The position numbers and the translations under genes are program-made. The notes below the pieces were generated by a model. It was not told the DNA's origin and did no database searches. It worked only from the letters and a program-made list of their open reading frames with translations. From an uncultured Bacteroidia bacterium (GTDB lineage Bacteria; Bacteroidota; Bacteroidia; Bacteroidales; Prolixibacteraceae), in the NCBI GenBank assembly GCA_903850335.1, contig CAINLJ010000114.1:8742-72741 (forward strand): a DNA stretch of 64,000 nucleotides, given 5' to 3'. Shown here piece after piece: positions 1 to 9,188 of the stretch (the first letter of the stretch is position 1; every line of letters begins with the position of its first letter).

Positions 1-1357
1 AAACAATCCGGCTGATCACCTGACCAAATTCGACAAGCTTACGTTGTGCAAAGGGAGTTTCAAGATCAAAGTTGATCATTTCGTGGATCCGGTCAGCTGC
101 CCGGCTTGCATAACCTTTCAGAAAAGTAAGAAGGCTCTTCTCCTTCGCTGTTTTCATAAGCTTAAGAACAGACTCAGCAATCTGATTATAGAGAATATCA
201 TTCGATCCCTCAAAGATCTGAAAAGGACGGCTATCCACAACAGACCGTCCAGCTATGTGATTCAATTTATAACCCTTAGCTCCAACTAATTGAAGTAATG
301 ATTGAGCAGACTCCTGCATCATATCAGATGTAACACTTTTTGTTATATTTGCTTCAAGACCCAGTCCTGAGAGATCATTTTCTACGCCGGCTATTTCACC
401 GGACTTTAGGCAAAACGCAGAACATATTGTGAAATTAGCCTGTAAACGTGAGAGACGATGCTGTACCTGGTCATAGTCAAAGAGATGTTTGTTGCTCACC
501 AAACGGGATTTGGTATGAGCAATTGCCTCATCCAGAATTCTTTTGATTATACCCAGTCCCATACCCGGAAATTGAAACCTGCTCCGGTGAAGTAAATCAA
601 GCATCATTTGTATTCCATTTGTTTTGGGGACAAGTTTTTTCTCTTCGGGAATATAAACGTCGATATGATTTCTTCCATAAGGAATTTGATAGAGTCCAAG
701 ATTCTCAAAATATTCTTCAACAACTATTTTTTGTTCAGGCTCATTTACATCGCACACAAACATTTCGATATCCCGCATTAATCCATTAGATTCAGTCCTG
801 CGACGTGCAGTGAGAATCCAGTAATCGGCCATGCCGGTCAGTCCTGCCCAATGCTTCTTACCTCTAAGATGATAAATCCCATCTTTGACCGTGCAGGAAG
901 TAATCATATTAAGTGCGTCGCTGCCAAAATCAGGCTCAGTAATCATCAGGCCCCCCATCTTTCGACTTTCTACAAATTGCTCAAAAACCTTTGCCTTAGC
1001 TGATTCCTGACCATATTTTGCGAAGGGCTGGATAAATAGCCCGTTATTTATTCCAAGTGTGAGCGAAAGAGCAAGAGATTCGTATGAGGCAGCTGAAACC
1101 AATGCAATATTCTCTTTTACATTACCATTAAATCCACCGTATTCTATTGGGATACAAAGTGACATAGGATTTAACGACATTAACTCCGTTAATACAGCAG
1201 GCGGAAGACCGCGCGTACTGCAAAACTGATCAATCTTATCATCCTCGTGAAAGGCACGCTTCATGCTGGCTTTAAAGTCTTCCAGAAAGTTCCGGAATCC
1301 TTTTTCATTAATCTGATAATTAACAGGTTGATCTACTCTTGTTTGCTGTTCCGACAT
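1..1357 (-). CDS. acyl-CoA dehydrogenase family protein (partial; C-terminal end lies beyond window start)
   Basis: Absent from the ORF track because it runs off the edge. My minus-strand translation from ATG (1357-1355) gives an uninterrupted ~452-codon frame: MSEQQTRVDQPVNYQINEKGFRNF...GGLMITEPDFGSDALNM...HWAGLTGMADYW...RPFQIFEGSNDILYNQIAE. These are ACAD-like motifs. Confidence 0.75.
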   Translation of the reverse strand, partial: MSEQQTRVDQPVNYQINEKGFRNFLEDFKASMKRAFHEDDKIDQFCSTRGLPPAVLTELMSLNPMSLCIPIEYGGFNGNVKENIALVSAASYESLALSLTLGINNGLFIQPFAKYGQESAKAKVFEQFVESRKMGGLMITEPDFGSDALNMITSCTVKDGIYHLRGKKHWAGLTGMADYWILTARRRTESNGLMRDIEMFVCDVNEPEQKIVVEEYFENLGLYQIPYGRNHIDVYIPEEKKLVPKTNGIQMMLDLLHRSRFQFPGMGLGIIKRILDEAIAHTKSRLVSNKHLFDYDQVQHRLSRLQANFTICSAFCLKSGEIAGVENDLSGLGLEANITKSVTSDMMQESAQSLLQLVGAKGYKLNHIAGRSVVDSRPFQIFEGSNDILYNQIAESVLKLMKTAKEKSLLTFLKGYASRAADRIHEMINFDLETPFAQRKLVEFGQVISRIV

Positions 1358-1482
1358 TTTTACTCTTAAGTTTAATTGAATGATCTGACAAAGATGTCCT
1401 TTAAATTTTAGAATCTAACAATTGGTATAAACTTTTGTTCTTATTATCTCATTTTACATATCTTATTAACCTCATTTTTACC

Positions 1483-1490
1483 TAAGTTTG
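1483..1490 (+). promoter_or_regulatory. candidate Bacteroidota sigma-A -7 box (TAnnTTTG)
   Basis: TAAGTTTG lies 95 nt upstream of the rhamnulokinase ATG. This is a motif match only. Confidence 0.3.
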
Positions 1491-1584
1491 CCATATACAT
1501 TTTCATAATCCTGAGAATTTGATCATCATTTAGTTAATATCCTATAAATAATTCAAGTACAACTCTTCTAATAAAAAAGATAAA

Positions 1585-3057
1585 ATGACCACAAGAAACT
1601 TTCTGGCTTTCGATTTGGGCGCATCCAGCGGACGTGCCATTCTGGGAACAATTTCTGACAGTAAATTAAGCTTAAAGGAAATTCATAGATTTGAAAATCA
1701 AATGGTTGAAATAAATGGATCCTATTTTTGGAATATTTTCAACCTTTTCAGTGAATTAAAAACCGGTCTAAAAAAATGCATCCGTGATTTTGAGGTCCAA
1801 CCTGAATCAATTGGTGTCGATACATGGGGAGTTGATATTGTATTGCTCGACAAAAACGGAATGATTGTCGGACTACCTTATGCATATCGCGACCCACGTA
1901 CCGATACGGCAATGGCGGAAGTTTTTAAAATCATTCCCAAAAAAGAGTTGTATCTGATGACTGGCACCCAATTTATGCAGTTCAATACCCTTTTCCAGCT
2001 TCATGCATACAAACGCGATGAGTCTCCTCAGCTTGAAATCGCAAAAGACATTTTATTTATGTCCGATTCCCTGGGTTATCTTTTTAGTGGAATAAAGAAA
2101 AATGAGTTTTCAATTGCCTCCACTTCTCAATTCCTTAAACCCGGAAAACTTGAATTCGACCATAGATTATTCGATGCAATAGGATTTGATATCAATCTTA
2201 TGCAGGAATTAGTGCTTCCAGGAACAGTGCTTGGAACGATAAAACCAGATATTCAGAAAGAAACCGGAAGCAGTAACATACCTGTGGTTGCTGTCGCCTC
2301 GCATGACACCGCTTCGGCTATAGCGGCAGTCCCGGCAACAGGACGAAACTGGGCTTATATTAGTTCTGGAACATGGTCACTGATGGGCATTGAAAGTGAC
2401 TATCCGCTCATATCTGAAGAAATTCTTGCGCTGAACTTTACAAACGAAGGTGGTGTCGAAGGAACTACACGGTTCCTAAAGAACATAATGGGTCTGTGGT
2501 TACTTCAGGAATGCCGTCGTACATGGGCTAGAGATTATAATTATACCTGGCCGGAGATGGTTCAGATGGGCCTAAATGCCCAACCCTTCAAATTTATCAT
2601 AGATCCTGATGCCCATGAATTCCTTAATCCGGGTAATATGCCTGCTGCGATTGCAGGTTATTGCCATAAAACAGGACAATCTGAACCGGAGACTCATGGG
2701 GAAGTTATACGTACTATTTTTGAAAGTCTCGCATTAAAATACAGATCCACACTGGACGCGATAAGGGAGGTAAGCCCGGCAAAAATAGATAAGATTCACA
2801 TTATTGGCGGAGGAGCAAACAATGAACTCTTATGCCAGTATGCTTCAAATGCGACAAATCTTCCCGTTTATGCCGGACCCGCCGAAGCCACGGCGATTGG
2901 CAATATCATGATGCAAGCCAAGGCTTTAGGTGCCGTATCTTCGCTTGAAGAGATCCGACAGATGGTCTTTGATTCTTTCGAGACAAAAGTTTTTTACCCT
3001 CAGAATGCACAAAACTGGGAGAAGCAATATCAGGAATTTAAACGGCTTTTTTCTTAA
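1585..3057 (+). CDS. rhaB: rhamnulokinase (FGGY carbohydrate kinase family)
   Basis: 490-aa ORF. The N-terminus FLAFDLGASSGRAILG...RFENQMVEINGSYFWNI resembles Bacteroides-type RhaB. A C-terminal IIGGGANNELL motif is also present. Confidence 0.7.
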   Translation: MTTRNFLAFDLGASSGRAILGTISDSKLSLKEIHRFENQMVEINGSYFWNIFNLFSELKTGLKKCIRDFEVQPESIGVDTWGVDIVLLDKNGMIVGLPYAYRDPRTDTAMAEVFKIIPKKELYLMTGTQFMQFNTLFQLHAYKRDESPQLEIAKDILFMSDSLGYLFSGIKKNEFSIASTSQFLKPGKLEFDHRLFDAIGFDINLMQELVLPGTVLGTIKPDIQKETGSSNIPVVAVASHDTASAIAAVPATGRNWAYISSGTWSLMGIESDYPLISEEILALNFTNEGGVEGTTRFLKNIMGLWLLQECRRTWARDYNYTWPEMVQMGLNAQPFKFIIDPDAHEFLNPGNMPAAIAGYCHKTGQSEPETHGEVIRTIFESLALKYRSTLDAIREVSPAKIDKIHIIGGGANNELLCQYASNATNLPVYAGPAEATAIGNIMMQAKALGAVSSLEEIRQMVFDSFETKVFYPQNAQNWEKQYQEFKRLFS

Positions 3058-3130
3058 CAATAATTAACCTTTATTTGGCACAATATTTGGAAAAAAACTT
3101 CCTATTATTATAAATTAAAATCAGGAAAGT

Positions 3131-3613
3131 ATGAAAAGATTATATTTCGGTTTATTGTTCGTCCTATGTACAAACCTTTTGAATGCTCAGGACCAGCAAA
3201 ATGCGATCGGTGTAAGGTCAGGAGCAGGTAGTGATGGTATTGAAACTGAGATTTCTTTTCAGCATTATCTCACAGATATCAACAGGGCAGAATTCGACCT
3301 TGGGGTGATCAGGGGAAATCAATATCAGGCTTTTAATATTGCTGGATTATACCATTGGGTATGGAAACTTGATTATGGCTTTGATTTATTTGGTGGTGGA
3401 GGTGGAAGAATCGGAACATGGAGCGATTCCAAACCAAATAACGAAAAAGGAAGCGGAGGGTTTTTACTGGCCGTAGCAGGACATGTGGGCGTAGATTATA
3501 CTTTCCCGGTTGGTGTACAGCTGGGATTGGACTATATGCCACAAATTAATCTGATAAATCACGGTGATGCGCTGGCAAGTACAGTTGCAATTTCAGTAAG
3601 GTACAGATTTTGA
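3131..3613 (+). CDS. small outer-membrane beta-barrel (porin-family) protein
   Basis: 160 aa with signal peptide MKRLYFGLLFVLCTNLLNA. It shows alternating amphipathic strands, Gly-rich loops and a C-terminal ...SVRYRF aromatic terminus. Confidence 0.55.
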   Translation: MKRLYFGLLFVLCTNLLNAQDQQNAIGVRSGAGSDGIETEISFQHYLTDINRAEFDLGVIRGNQYQAFNIAGLYHWVWKLDYGFDLFGGGGGRIGTWSDSKPNNEKGSGGFLLAVAGHVGVDYTFPVGVQLGLDYMPQINLINHGDALASTVAISVRYRF

Positions 3614-3640
3614 TCCGGTAAAAAAACGGTAATTTGATAT

Positions 3641-3671
3641 AAGAAGAGGCTGATCGGATCAGCCTCTTCTT
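3641..3671. terminator. bidirectional hairpin between convergent genes
   Basis: AAGAAGAGGCTG (3641-3652) is the perfect reverse complement of CAGCCTCTTCTT (3660-3671), giving a 12-bp stem with loop ATCGGAT. It sits between the OMP stop (3613) and the elbB stop (3670). Confidence 0.55.
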
Positions 3672-4326
3672 ACATTAATCTTATCAGCTCATTAACAACC
3701 ATCTGAGTTGCGTCTGCGATTTCAATAATATGTGCATCAAGCATATAGCAAGGAGTGGTAACAAGCTTGTACTTTGGATCAACGACAACGTGTGACAGAT
3801 CTGCCTGATGATGTATGCCACCCATCTTTTCAATAACCCGGATAGTTTCAGGATCATTCCCAATGGTAACTTCAGCACCCGGTAATATTTTAACAATTAA
3901 GGCGGGAGCAATACATAAAGCCCCAATCGGTATCGAAGCCTCAACAGAGGCTATAACAGCAAGTTCTACTTCTGGATCGACCGTACATTCGCTACCCTCA
4001 AAGGCCAGGGTACACAAATTCTTTGCAACACCAAACCCACCAGGGAAAATAACAGCATCGAAAGTCTCAGGCTCAAATAAATTTAATGGTTTTATCTTCC
4101 CGCGCGTTATTCTGGCCGCTTCAACCAAAACATTACGCGTCTCATCCATAGTCTTTCCGTTCAAATGATTAATAACCTGTGCCTGTTCCTTGTCAGGAGC
4201 AAAACATTCATAACTGGCTGACGCTTTTGATATGGCAAGTAATGTTAAAGTTGCTTCGTGAATTTCGGCACCATCATAAACCCCGCAGCCGGAAAGAATG
4301 ACTGCAAATCTTTTCTGTTTATTCAT
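3670..4326 (-). CDS. elbB: isoprenoid biosynthesis glyoxalase ElbB (DJ-1/PfpI superfamily)
   Basis: 218 aa. The N-terminus RFAVILSGCGVYDGAEIHEATLTLLAI and the nucleophile-elbow context IGALCIAPAL are typical of ElbB. Confidence 0.75.
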   Translation of the reverse strand: MNKQKRFAVILSGCGVYDGAEIHEATLTLLAISKASASYECFAPDKEQAQVINHLNGKTMDETRNVLVEAARITRGKIKPLNLFEPETFDAVIFPGGFGVAKNLCTLAFEGSECTVDPEVELAVIASVEASIPIGALCIAPALIVKILPGAEVTIGNDPETIRVIEKMGGIHHQADLSHVVVDPKYKLVTTPCYMLDAHIIEIADATQMVVNELIRLM

Positions 4327-4504
4327 AAGTTCTCCCTTTCATATTTATAAACTACTATTTAGAATCGTCGTATTAGGTTCGTACAATTAATGCCTGATCA
4401 CATCGAATTTTAGGCATCCAAATTTATATTAATTACTTTATTGACGATACGATTGTGCTAATTTGAATCTAATTTATACTGAATATACTCAAAAATGAAA
4501 AATC

Positions 4505-5368
4505 TTATCTTCTGTGTATAAAAAGATTTTTTATCAGATTAAGAAAGAAGAGCAGAATAATCAAGACTAAGTTAGTTGCAAGTACAAGTATAAACAAAAA
4601 ATTAATTGCTGAAATAAAACCCACAAAAGGTTCTGTCGTTAAACCTCCGTAACTTCCAATCCATAATGTGAGTAAATTGAATAAAACGATAATAACAATA
4701 ACCCAGAGAAATCCTGCACTTGCACCCTTTACATCCGGTTTACTCAATGTCATTGAGCTGCCAATGGAATATAAAACATAAATAAAAAGAAAAGATTTCC
4801 ACCAAATGACCGCCTTTCCTGCAAATAAGAGGTTTATATAGGTAAGCATGCCTGTGCGAAGTGAATCATAGAGCTGACCCAACAATTGCCGGCTGGTAAA
4901 AATGTCAGTTGCAAAACGAAATTTAAAAATATCCGTAATATTAAGTTTGTATAGAATAAGAGTGATCAAAAACAATACAATTCCTCCGGCCAGAATCGGA
5001 CCAATGCCAATAAAAAAGTTGCCAATTTTCTGATAGAAGCTTTTTTTATTGTACGAATGACTCACATGTCCCATTGACTCTCCATCCTTATTTGGTTCAA
5101 AAAGTGTTATTTCCTTTATTTTATGACCAAAAACTAGAGCAAAAAATGCGTGACTTAACTCATGAACCGAGCATCCCAGCCAGGCAAAACCATATAAAAA
5201 CAGGTTTCTTCCCAGTAGGCGTACACTTAATCGTGCCATCACACTAGCCGACAAATTAAGAAACACAATCAAAATTAAGAACGGTCCAAATAGGGTAAAA
5301 AGCTGGTTCAGACTCTCATGAAAGACCCTGATCAGGTACCCGCCAATCTGATATAGATATATTTCCAT
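4505..5368 (-). CDS. polytopic membrane protein with HExxH motif (putative membrane zinc metalloprotease)
   Basis: About 8 hydrophobic segments with HELSHAFFALVFGH inside a TM region. I moved the start from the track start (5440, overlapping folC) to ATG 5368 (MEIYLYQIGG...). Confidence 0.45.
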   Translation of the reverse strand: MEIYLYQIGGYLIRVFHESLNQLFTLFGPFLILIVFLNLSASVMARLSVRLLGRNLFLYGFAWLGCSVHELSHAFFALVFGHKIKEITLFEPNKDGESMGHVSHSYNKKSFYQKIGNFFIGIGPILAGGIVLFLITLILYKLNITDIFKFRFATDIFTSRQLLGQLYDSLRTGMLTYINLLFAGKAVIWWKSFLFIYVLYSIGSSMTLSKPDVKGASAGFLWVIVIIVLFNLLTLWIGSYGGLTTEPFVGFISAINFLFILVLATNLVLIILLFFLNLIKNLFIHRR

Positions 5369-5396
5369 CTCAATGAGGTTGAAAAAAACTGTCTGT

Positions 5397-6707
5397 TTAA
5401 GGTATAACTTCCGCAACAACGAAAGTACTGCCACCAACAAAAATCAGATCATCGGCACCAGAATTAAGCCGGGCCGCCAGAAAAGCATCAGCTACTGTTA
5501 GATAGCTCTGACCCTGAAGGTTAAAAAAAGCAGCCATCTTCCTCAACTGATTTTCATCAAGAGCACGCGGAATTGAAGCCCTGGTAAAGTAATAAATTGC
5601 TTCACGTGGAAGAAGGTTTAGTACAGATGCAATATCCTTATCGTTTACCATTCCGATTACAATGTGCAGATTTTTAAAAGGCGTCTGACGAATCTGAGCC
5701 ACCACCTCCCGAATTCCGGCCTCATTATGACCAGTATCACAGATAATGCGTGGATTAGCACCAATTATTTGCCAACGACCCATCAGTCCTGTATTACCAC
5801 AAACACTTTCCAGTCCTTTTTTTAATGCCTCATCTGTAATATTAAATCCCTGCAGCCGAAGCTCCTCTACAGCTGCAAGTACAGTACAAAGATTTTTTGA
5901 CTGATAACTCCCTAAAAGATCCAGTCTTAAATTCCCGTAAACGACCTCATTCCCCTTCCTGACCGTAAATACCTGCCTGTTATCCGGAGAGTAAAGTCCT
6001 TTCCCCGATTGAAAACGCTGATCTGCAAAAATCACAGGCGCAGATTTTTCAGATGCAATCCCTTTAAAGATGATATTCGTTTGCGGATGTGTCTCACCAA
6101 TGACAACAGGAACGTACTGTTTAATAATCCCGGCCTTCTCGAGTGCAATCTTACCTAAGGTATCGCCCAAAAGGAAGGTATGGTCAAGACTGATATTCGT
6201 AATAACAGAAAGTTCAGGATGTATAACATTTGTTGAATCCAGTCTGCCACCAAGACCAACTTCAACAACTGCAATGTCTGTATGTTGTTTGGCAAAATAA
6301 TCGAAAGCCATCAGTACAGTCAGTTCAAAAAACGAGGGTTCAAGCCCTGCTTCCACATTTTTTTCAAGAAATTCATTTACAAAATCAACAACAAATTGCT
6401 TTTTTACCATTTCGCCGTTTACCCGGATTCTTTCACGAAAGTCCTTAAGGTGAGGAGATGTGTAAAGTCCTGTTTTATATCCTGATTCAACGAGAATGCT
6501 TGCCAGCATATGGGATACGGAACCCTTACCATTAGTCCCACCAACATGAACAGATTTAAAATTTTTGTGAGGATAACCAAAGAGTCTGTCCAGAGCAAGC
6601 GTATTATCAAGACTATCCTTATAAGCAGCCTGACCAGAACGTTGATAATAAGGGAGATGATCGTATAAATAATTTATGACTTCGTCGTAGTTCTGCATTG
6701 TACTCAA
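5397..6707 (-). CDS. folC: bifunctional folylpolyglutamate synthase / dihydrofolate synthase
   Basis: 436 aa with Mur-ligase P-loop HVGGTNGKGS, TSPHL and LDHTFLLG motifs. Length is typical of FolC. Confidence 0.85.
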   Translation of the reverse strand: MSTMQNYDEVINYLYDHLPYYQRSGQAAYKDSLDNTLALDRLFGYPHKNFKSVHVGGTNGKGSVSHMLASILVESGYKTGLYTSPHLKDFRERIRVNGEMVKKQFVVDFVNEFLEKNVEAGLEPSFFELTVLMAFDYFAKQHTDIAVVEVGLGGRLDSTNVIHPELSVITNISLDHTFLLGDTLGKIALEKAGIIKQYVPVVIGETHPQTNIIFKGIASEKSAPVIFADQRFQSGKGLYSPDNRQVFTVRKGNEVVYGNLRLDLLGSYQSKNLCTVLAAVEELRLQGFNITDEALKKGLESVCGNTGLMGRWQIIGANPRIICDTGHNEAGIREVVAQIRQTPFKNLHIVIGMVNDKDIASVLNLLPREAIYYFTRASIPRALDENQLRKMAAFFNLQGQSYLTVADAFLAARLNSGADDLIFVGGSTFVVAEVIP

Positions 6708-6810
6708 TTTAATTTGCTAAAATTGTAAACAAAGATGATAATTTCCCAGGGTAAAAGAAGTCTGCGTTATTTTTTTTCTATTTTTAGCAGGAAATAAAAG
6801 AGAGAAAATA

Positions 6811-8133
6811 ATGCCAAAATCAAAAGTGTTCGTAATTGATACTAACGTCATTCTGCATGATTACGAATGTATTTATCACTTTAATGATAATGATGTCGTA
6901 CTTCCGATTACAGTTTTAGAAGAATTGGACCGTTTTAAGAGAGGAAATGACCAGATTAATTTTCAGGCCAGACAATTCGTTCGAATACTAGACGAAATAG
7001 TTGGAAATGAGTTATTTAATGGCGGAATCTCACTTGGGCCAGATAAAGGCAAACTCACAATTGAAACTGGAAAACCCTTTTCCGAAAAAATTAAAGAATC
7101 TTTCCGTGAAGATATTCCGGATCATCGGATACTTGCAATAACAGAATATCTTAGGGAAAAATTTAAAGACCGGAAAGTCGTCCTGGTTACTAAAGATGTA
7201 AACCTGAGGATGAAGGCGAAATCACTTCATATAGAATCTGAAGATTACAAAAACGACAAAGTACAGGATATTAATGTTTTATATCAGGGGATTCGTGAAA
7301 TTAAAGACTATAGTGATCTGTTAATTGCAAAACTTTATGAAACTAACTTCCTGACAATCGAGGAATCAGGGATTGAATTACCCCCTTTTGCAAACGAGTT
7401 TTTTATACTCAAGAGCTCCAGATCCAGCGTTCTGGCATACTACAGTCCGTTCAGACAGCGATTTGAACGGGTTGATAAAAAAATTGCCTATGGCATCAAA
7501 CCACGTAATGCAGAACAAACATTCTCAATTCATGCGTTGGTAGATCCCGAAATTAAATTAATAAGCCTGACAGGAAAAGCAGGAACCGGCAAAACTTTAC
7601 TCGCCTTGGCAGCCGCTATTGCCCAGCATAATATTTACGAACAGGTCTTACTTGCCCGGCCTATTGTGGCATTAAGTAACCGTGATATTGGATTTCTTCC
7701 AGGCGATGCCGAGGAAAAAGTTCTTCCGTATATGCAACCGCTTTTCGACAATCTGGCCGTAATCAAACGTTGCTTTAGTCACAGTAGTCCGGAATACAGG
7801 CAAATCGAAGACCTTAAAAAAGACGATAGGTTAGTAATAAGCCCTTTGGCCTTTATTAGGGGCCGCAGTTTATCCAATTGTTACTTCATTATCGATGAAG
7901 CACAAAACCTCACGCCCCACGAAGTTAAGACAATAATAACAAGGGCTGGCGAAGGAACAAAGATGATATTTACAGGTGATATTCAACAGATCGACTCTCC
8001 ATATCTGGATATGCAATCCAACGGACTGGCTTACCTCACAGACAGGATGAAAGGACAGGATATTTTTGCTCACATTAACCTGGTTAAAGGAGAACGCAGC
8101 TACCTCGCCGAACTGGCAAGTGATCTGTTATGA
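6811..8133 (+). CDS. PIN-domain / PhoH-like ATPase (PhoH2 type)
   Basis: 440 aa. N-terminal PIN (VFVIDTNVILHD, LEELD) is followed by a PhoH ATPase with Walker A GKAGTGKT and Walker B FIIDEAQN. Confidence 0.85.
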   Translation: MPKSKVFVIDTNVILHDYECIYHFNDNDVVLPITVLEELDRFKRGNDQINFQARQFVRILDEIVGNELFNGGISLGPDKGKLTIETGKPFSEKIKESFREDIPDHRILAITEYLREKFKDRKVVLVTKDVNLRMKAKSLHIESEDYKNDKVQDINVLYQGIREIKDYSDLLIAKLYETNFLTIEESGIELPPFANEFFILKSSRSSVLAYYSPFRQRFERVDKKIAYGIKPRNAEQTFSIHALVDPEIKLISLTGKAGTGKTLLALAAAIAQHNIYEQVLLARPIVALSNRDIGFLPGDAEEKVLPYMQPLFDNLAVIKRCFSHSSPEYRQIEDLKKDDRLVISPLAFIRGRSLSNCYFIIDEAQNLTPHEVKTIITRAGEGTKMIFTGDIQQIDSPYLDMQSNGLAYLTDRMKGQDIFAHINLVKGERSYLAELASDLL

Positions 8134-8169
8134 TAAAAATGAATCAGAAATCAATAGGATAAAGTAAAT

Positions 8170-8451
8170 ATGTTAAAAGTAAACGAGTATTTCGAAGGCA
8201 GAGTAAAGTCTATTGCAGTCGAAAATGAAGAAGGAGTAGCCACTGTCGGGGTTATGGAAGCTGGTGAGTATGAATTTGGAACCTCAACTGTCGAGATCAT
8301 GACGATCACAGGTGGGACATTAGAAGTTTTACTTCCCGGGGATGTGGAATGGATTACATTCGGAAAAGGAGGAATATTCACTGTAGACAAACAGGTAAAA
8401 TTCAAAGTTAAAGCAAGCGCACCTGTAGCCTACCATTGTCAATATAAATAA
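8170..8451 (+). CDS. ppnP: pyrimidine/purine nucleoside phosphorylase PpnP (DUF1255)
   Basis: 93 aa. MLKVNEYFEGRVKSIAV...GVMEAGEYEFGT...MTITGG is collinear with E. coli YaiE/PpnP as I recall it. Confidence 0.8.
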   Translation: MLKVNEYFEGRVKSIAVENEEGVATVGVMEAGEYEFGTSTVEIMTITGGTLEVLLPGDVEWITFGKGGIFTVDKQVKFKVKASAPVAYHCQYK

Positions 8452-8536
8452 TTTAAATTCATATCCTGATATTGCGGAATACACAATCAAATAAGGTTGT
8501 ATACCCGGCAATATTCACTGATTATAACTGAAAGGC

Positions 8537-9076
8537 TTACTCCTCAAGCAGAACTTTTAGCTTATCCAGGCCATTTTGAAGATCCAGAGCCATCATTCCC
8601 TCAATATCGCGCAGGAGTAGAAGCAGATTCAGAGGATATTTCATCTTTCCTGTAAACCCCCAGGTCACAATTGTACTGGATTCATTGATGCTTTTAAAAG
8701 AAAACGAAGCCTGATTCGTGGTCTTAAAAGGCTTTAGAAACCTTAATTCGTAATCTATCCGCTCGCCATCAATGATTTTTATTATTTCCTGTTCCCCCTT
8801 ACCAACATCCTTCATTTGACTATCCCATGCCGACACAAAGCCGACAGTGCCATCTACTCCAATATACTCTTTCTTCATACCCGGATCCTTACTGGCCCAG
8901 ACGCTAAAATAATCCTGATTCTTGAGGATCCTTATATATTCAAAGACTTCAGGTAAAGGCTTGTTTATAAGGATAGAACGGTTGATTGAAAGAATTTTTC
9001 CAGTAAATATCGGGACTACCAGAATAAGGAAAATTAATGTAACAAAAATTGCGGTGAAAATTTTAAAAATTACCAT
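8537..9076 (-). CDS. membrane-anchored SRPBCC (START/polyketide-cyclase-like) protein
   Basis: 179 aa with an N-terminal TM helix, then an alpha/beta pattern typical of SRPBCC. Assignment is by resemblance only. Confidence 0.45.
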   Translation of the reverse strand: MVIFKIFTAIFVTLIFLILVVPIFTGKILSINRSILINKPLPEVFEYIRILKNQDYFSVWASKDPGMKKEYIGVDGTVGFVSAWDSQMKDVGKGEQEIIKIIDGERIDYELRFLKPFKTTNQASFSFKSINESSTIVTWGFTGKMKYPLNLLLLLRDIEGMMALDLQNGLDKLKVLLEE

Positions 9077-9148
9077 GGTTTTACTTTTCTATTTGGTTTA
9101 AGCAATATAACATATTCAGTCCAAAAAAGTTTATTCCCAACTAATTCA

Positions 9149-9156
9149 TATTTTTG
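9149..9156 (+). promoter_or_regulatory. candidate -7 box (TAnnTTTG)
   Basis: TATTTTTG lies 33 nt upstream of ATG 9189. Confidence 0.35.
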
Positions 9157-9188
9157 ACAATCCGATACTCCATTAAACTTCTAAAATC

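Noticed and set aside
44-289. 81-aa plus-strand ORF at the window start
   Set aside because: It lies fully antisense to a long, motif-rich acyl-CoA dehydrogenase frame that runs off the window edge. It has no recognisable features.
6811-8133. PIN-PhoH protein as a toxin or defence candidate
   Set aside because: PhoH2-type PIN-ATPase fusions are widespread, single-copy housekeeping-type genes. No antitoxin-like partner or defence-island context is present.
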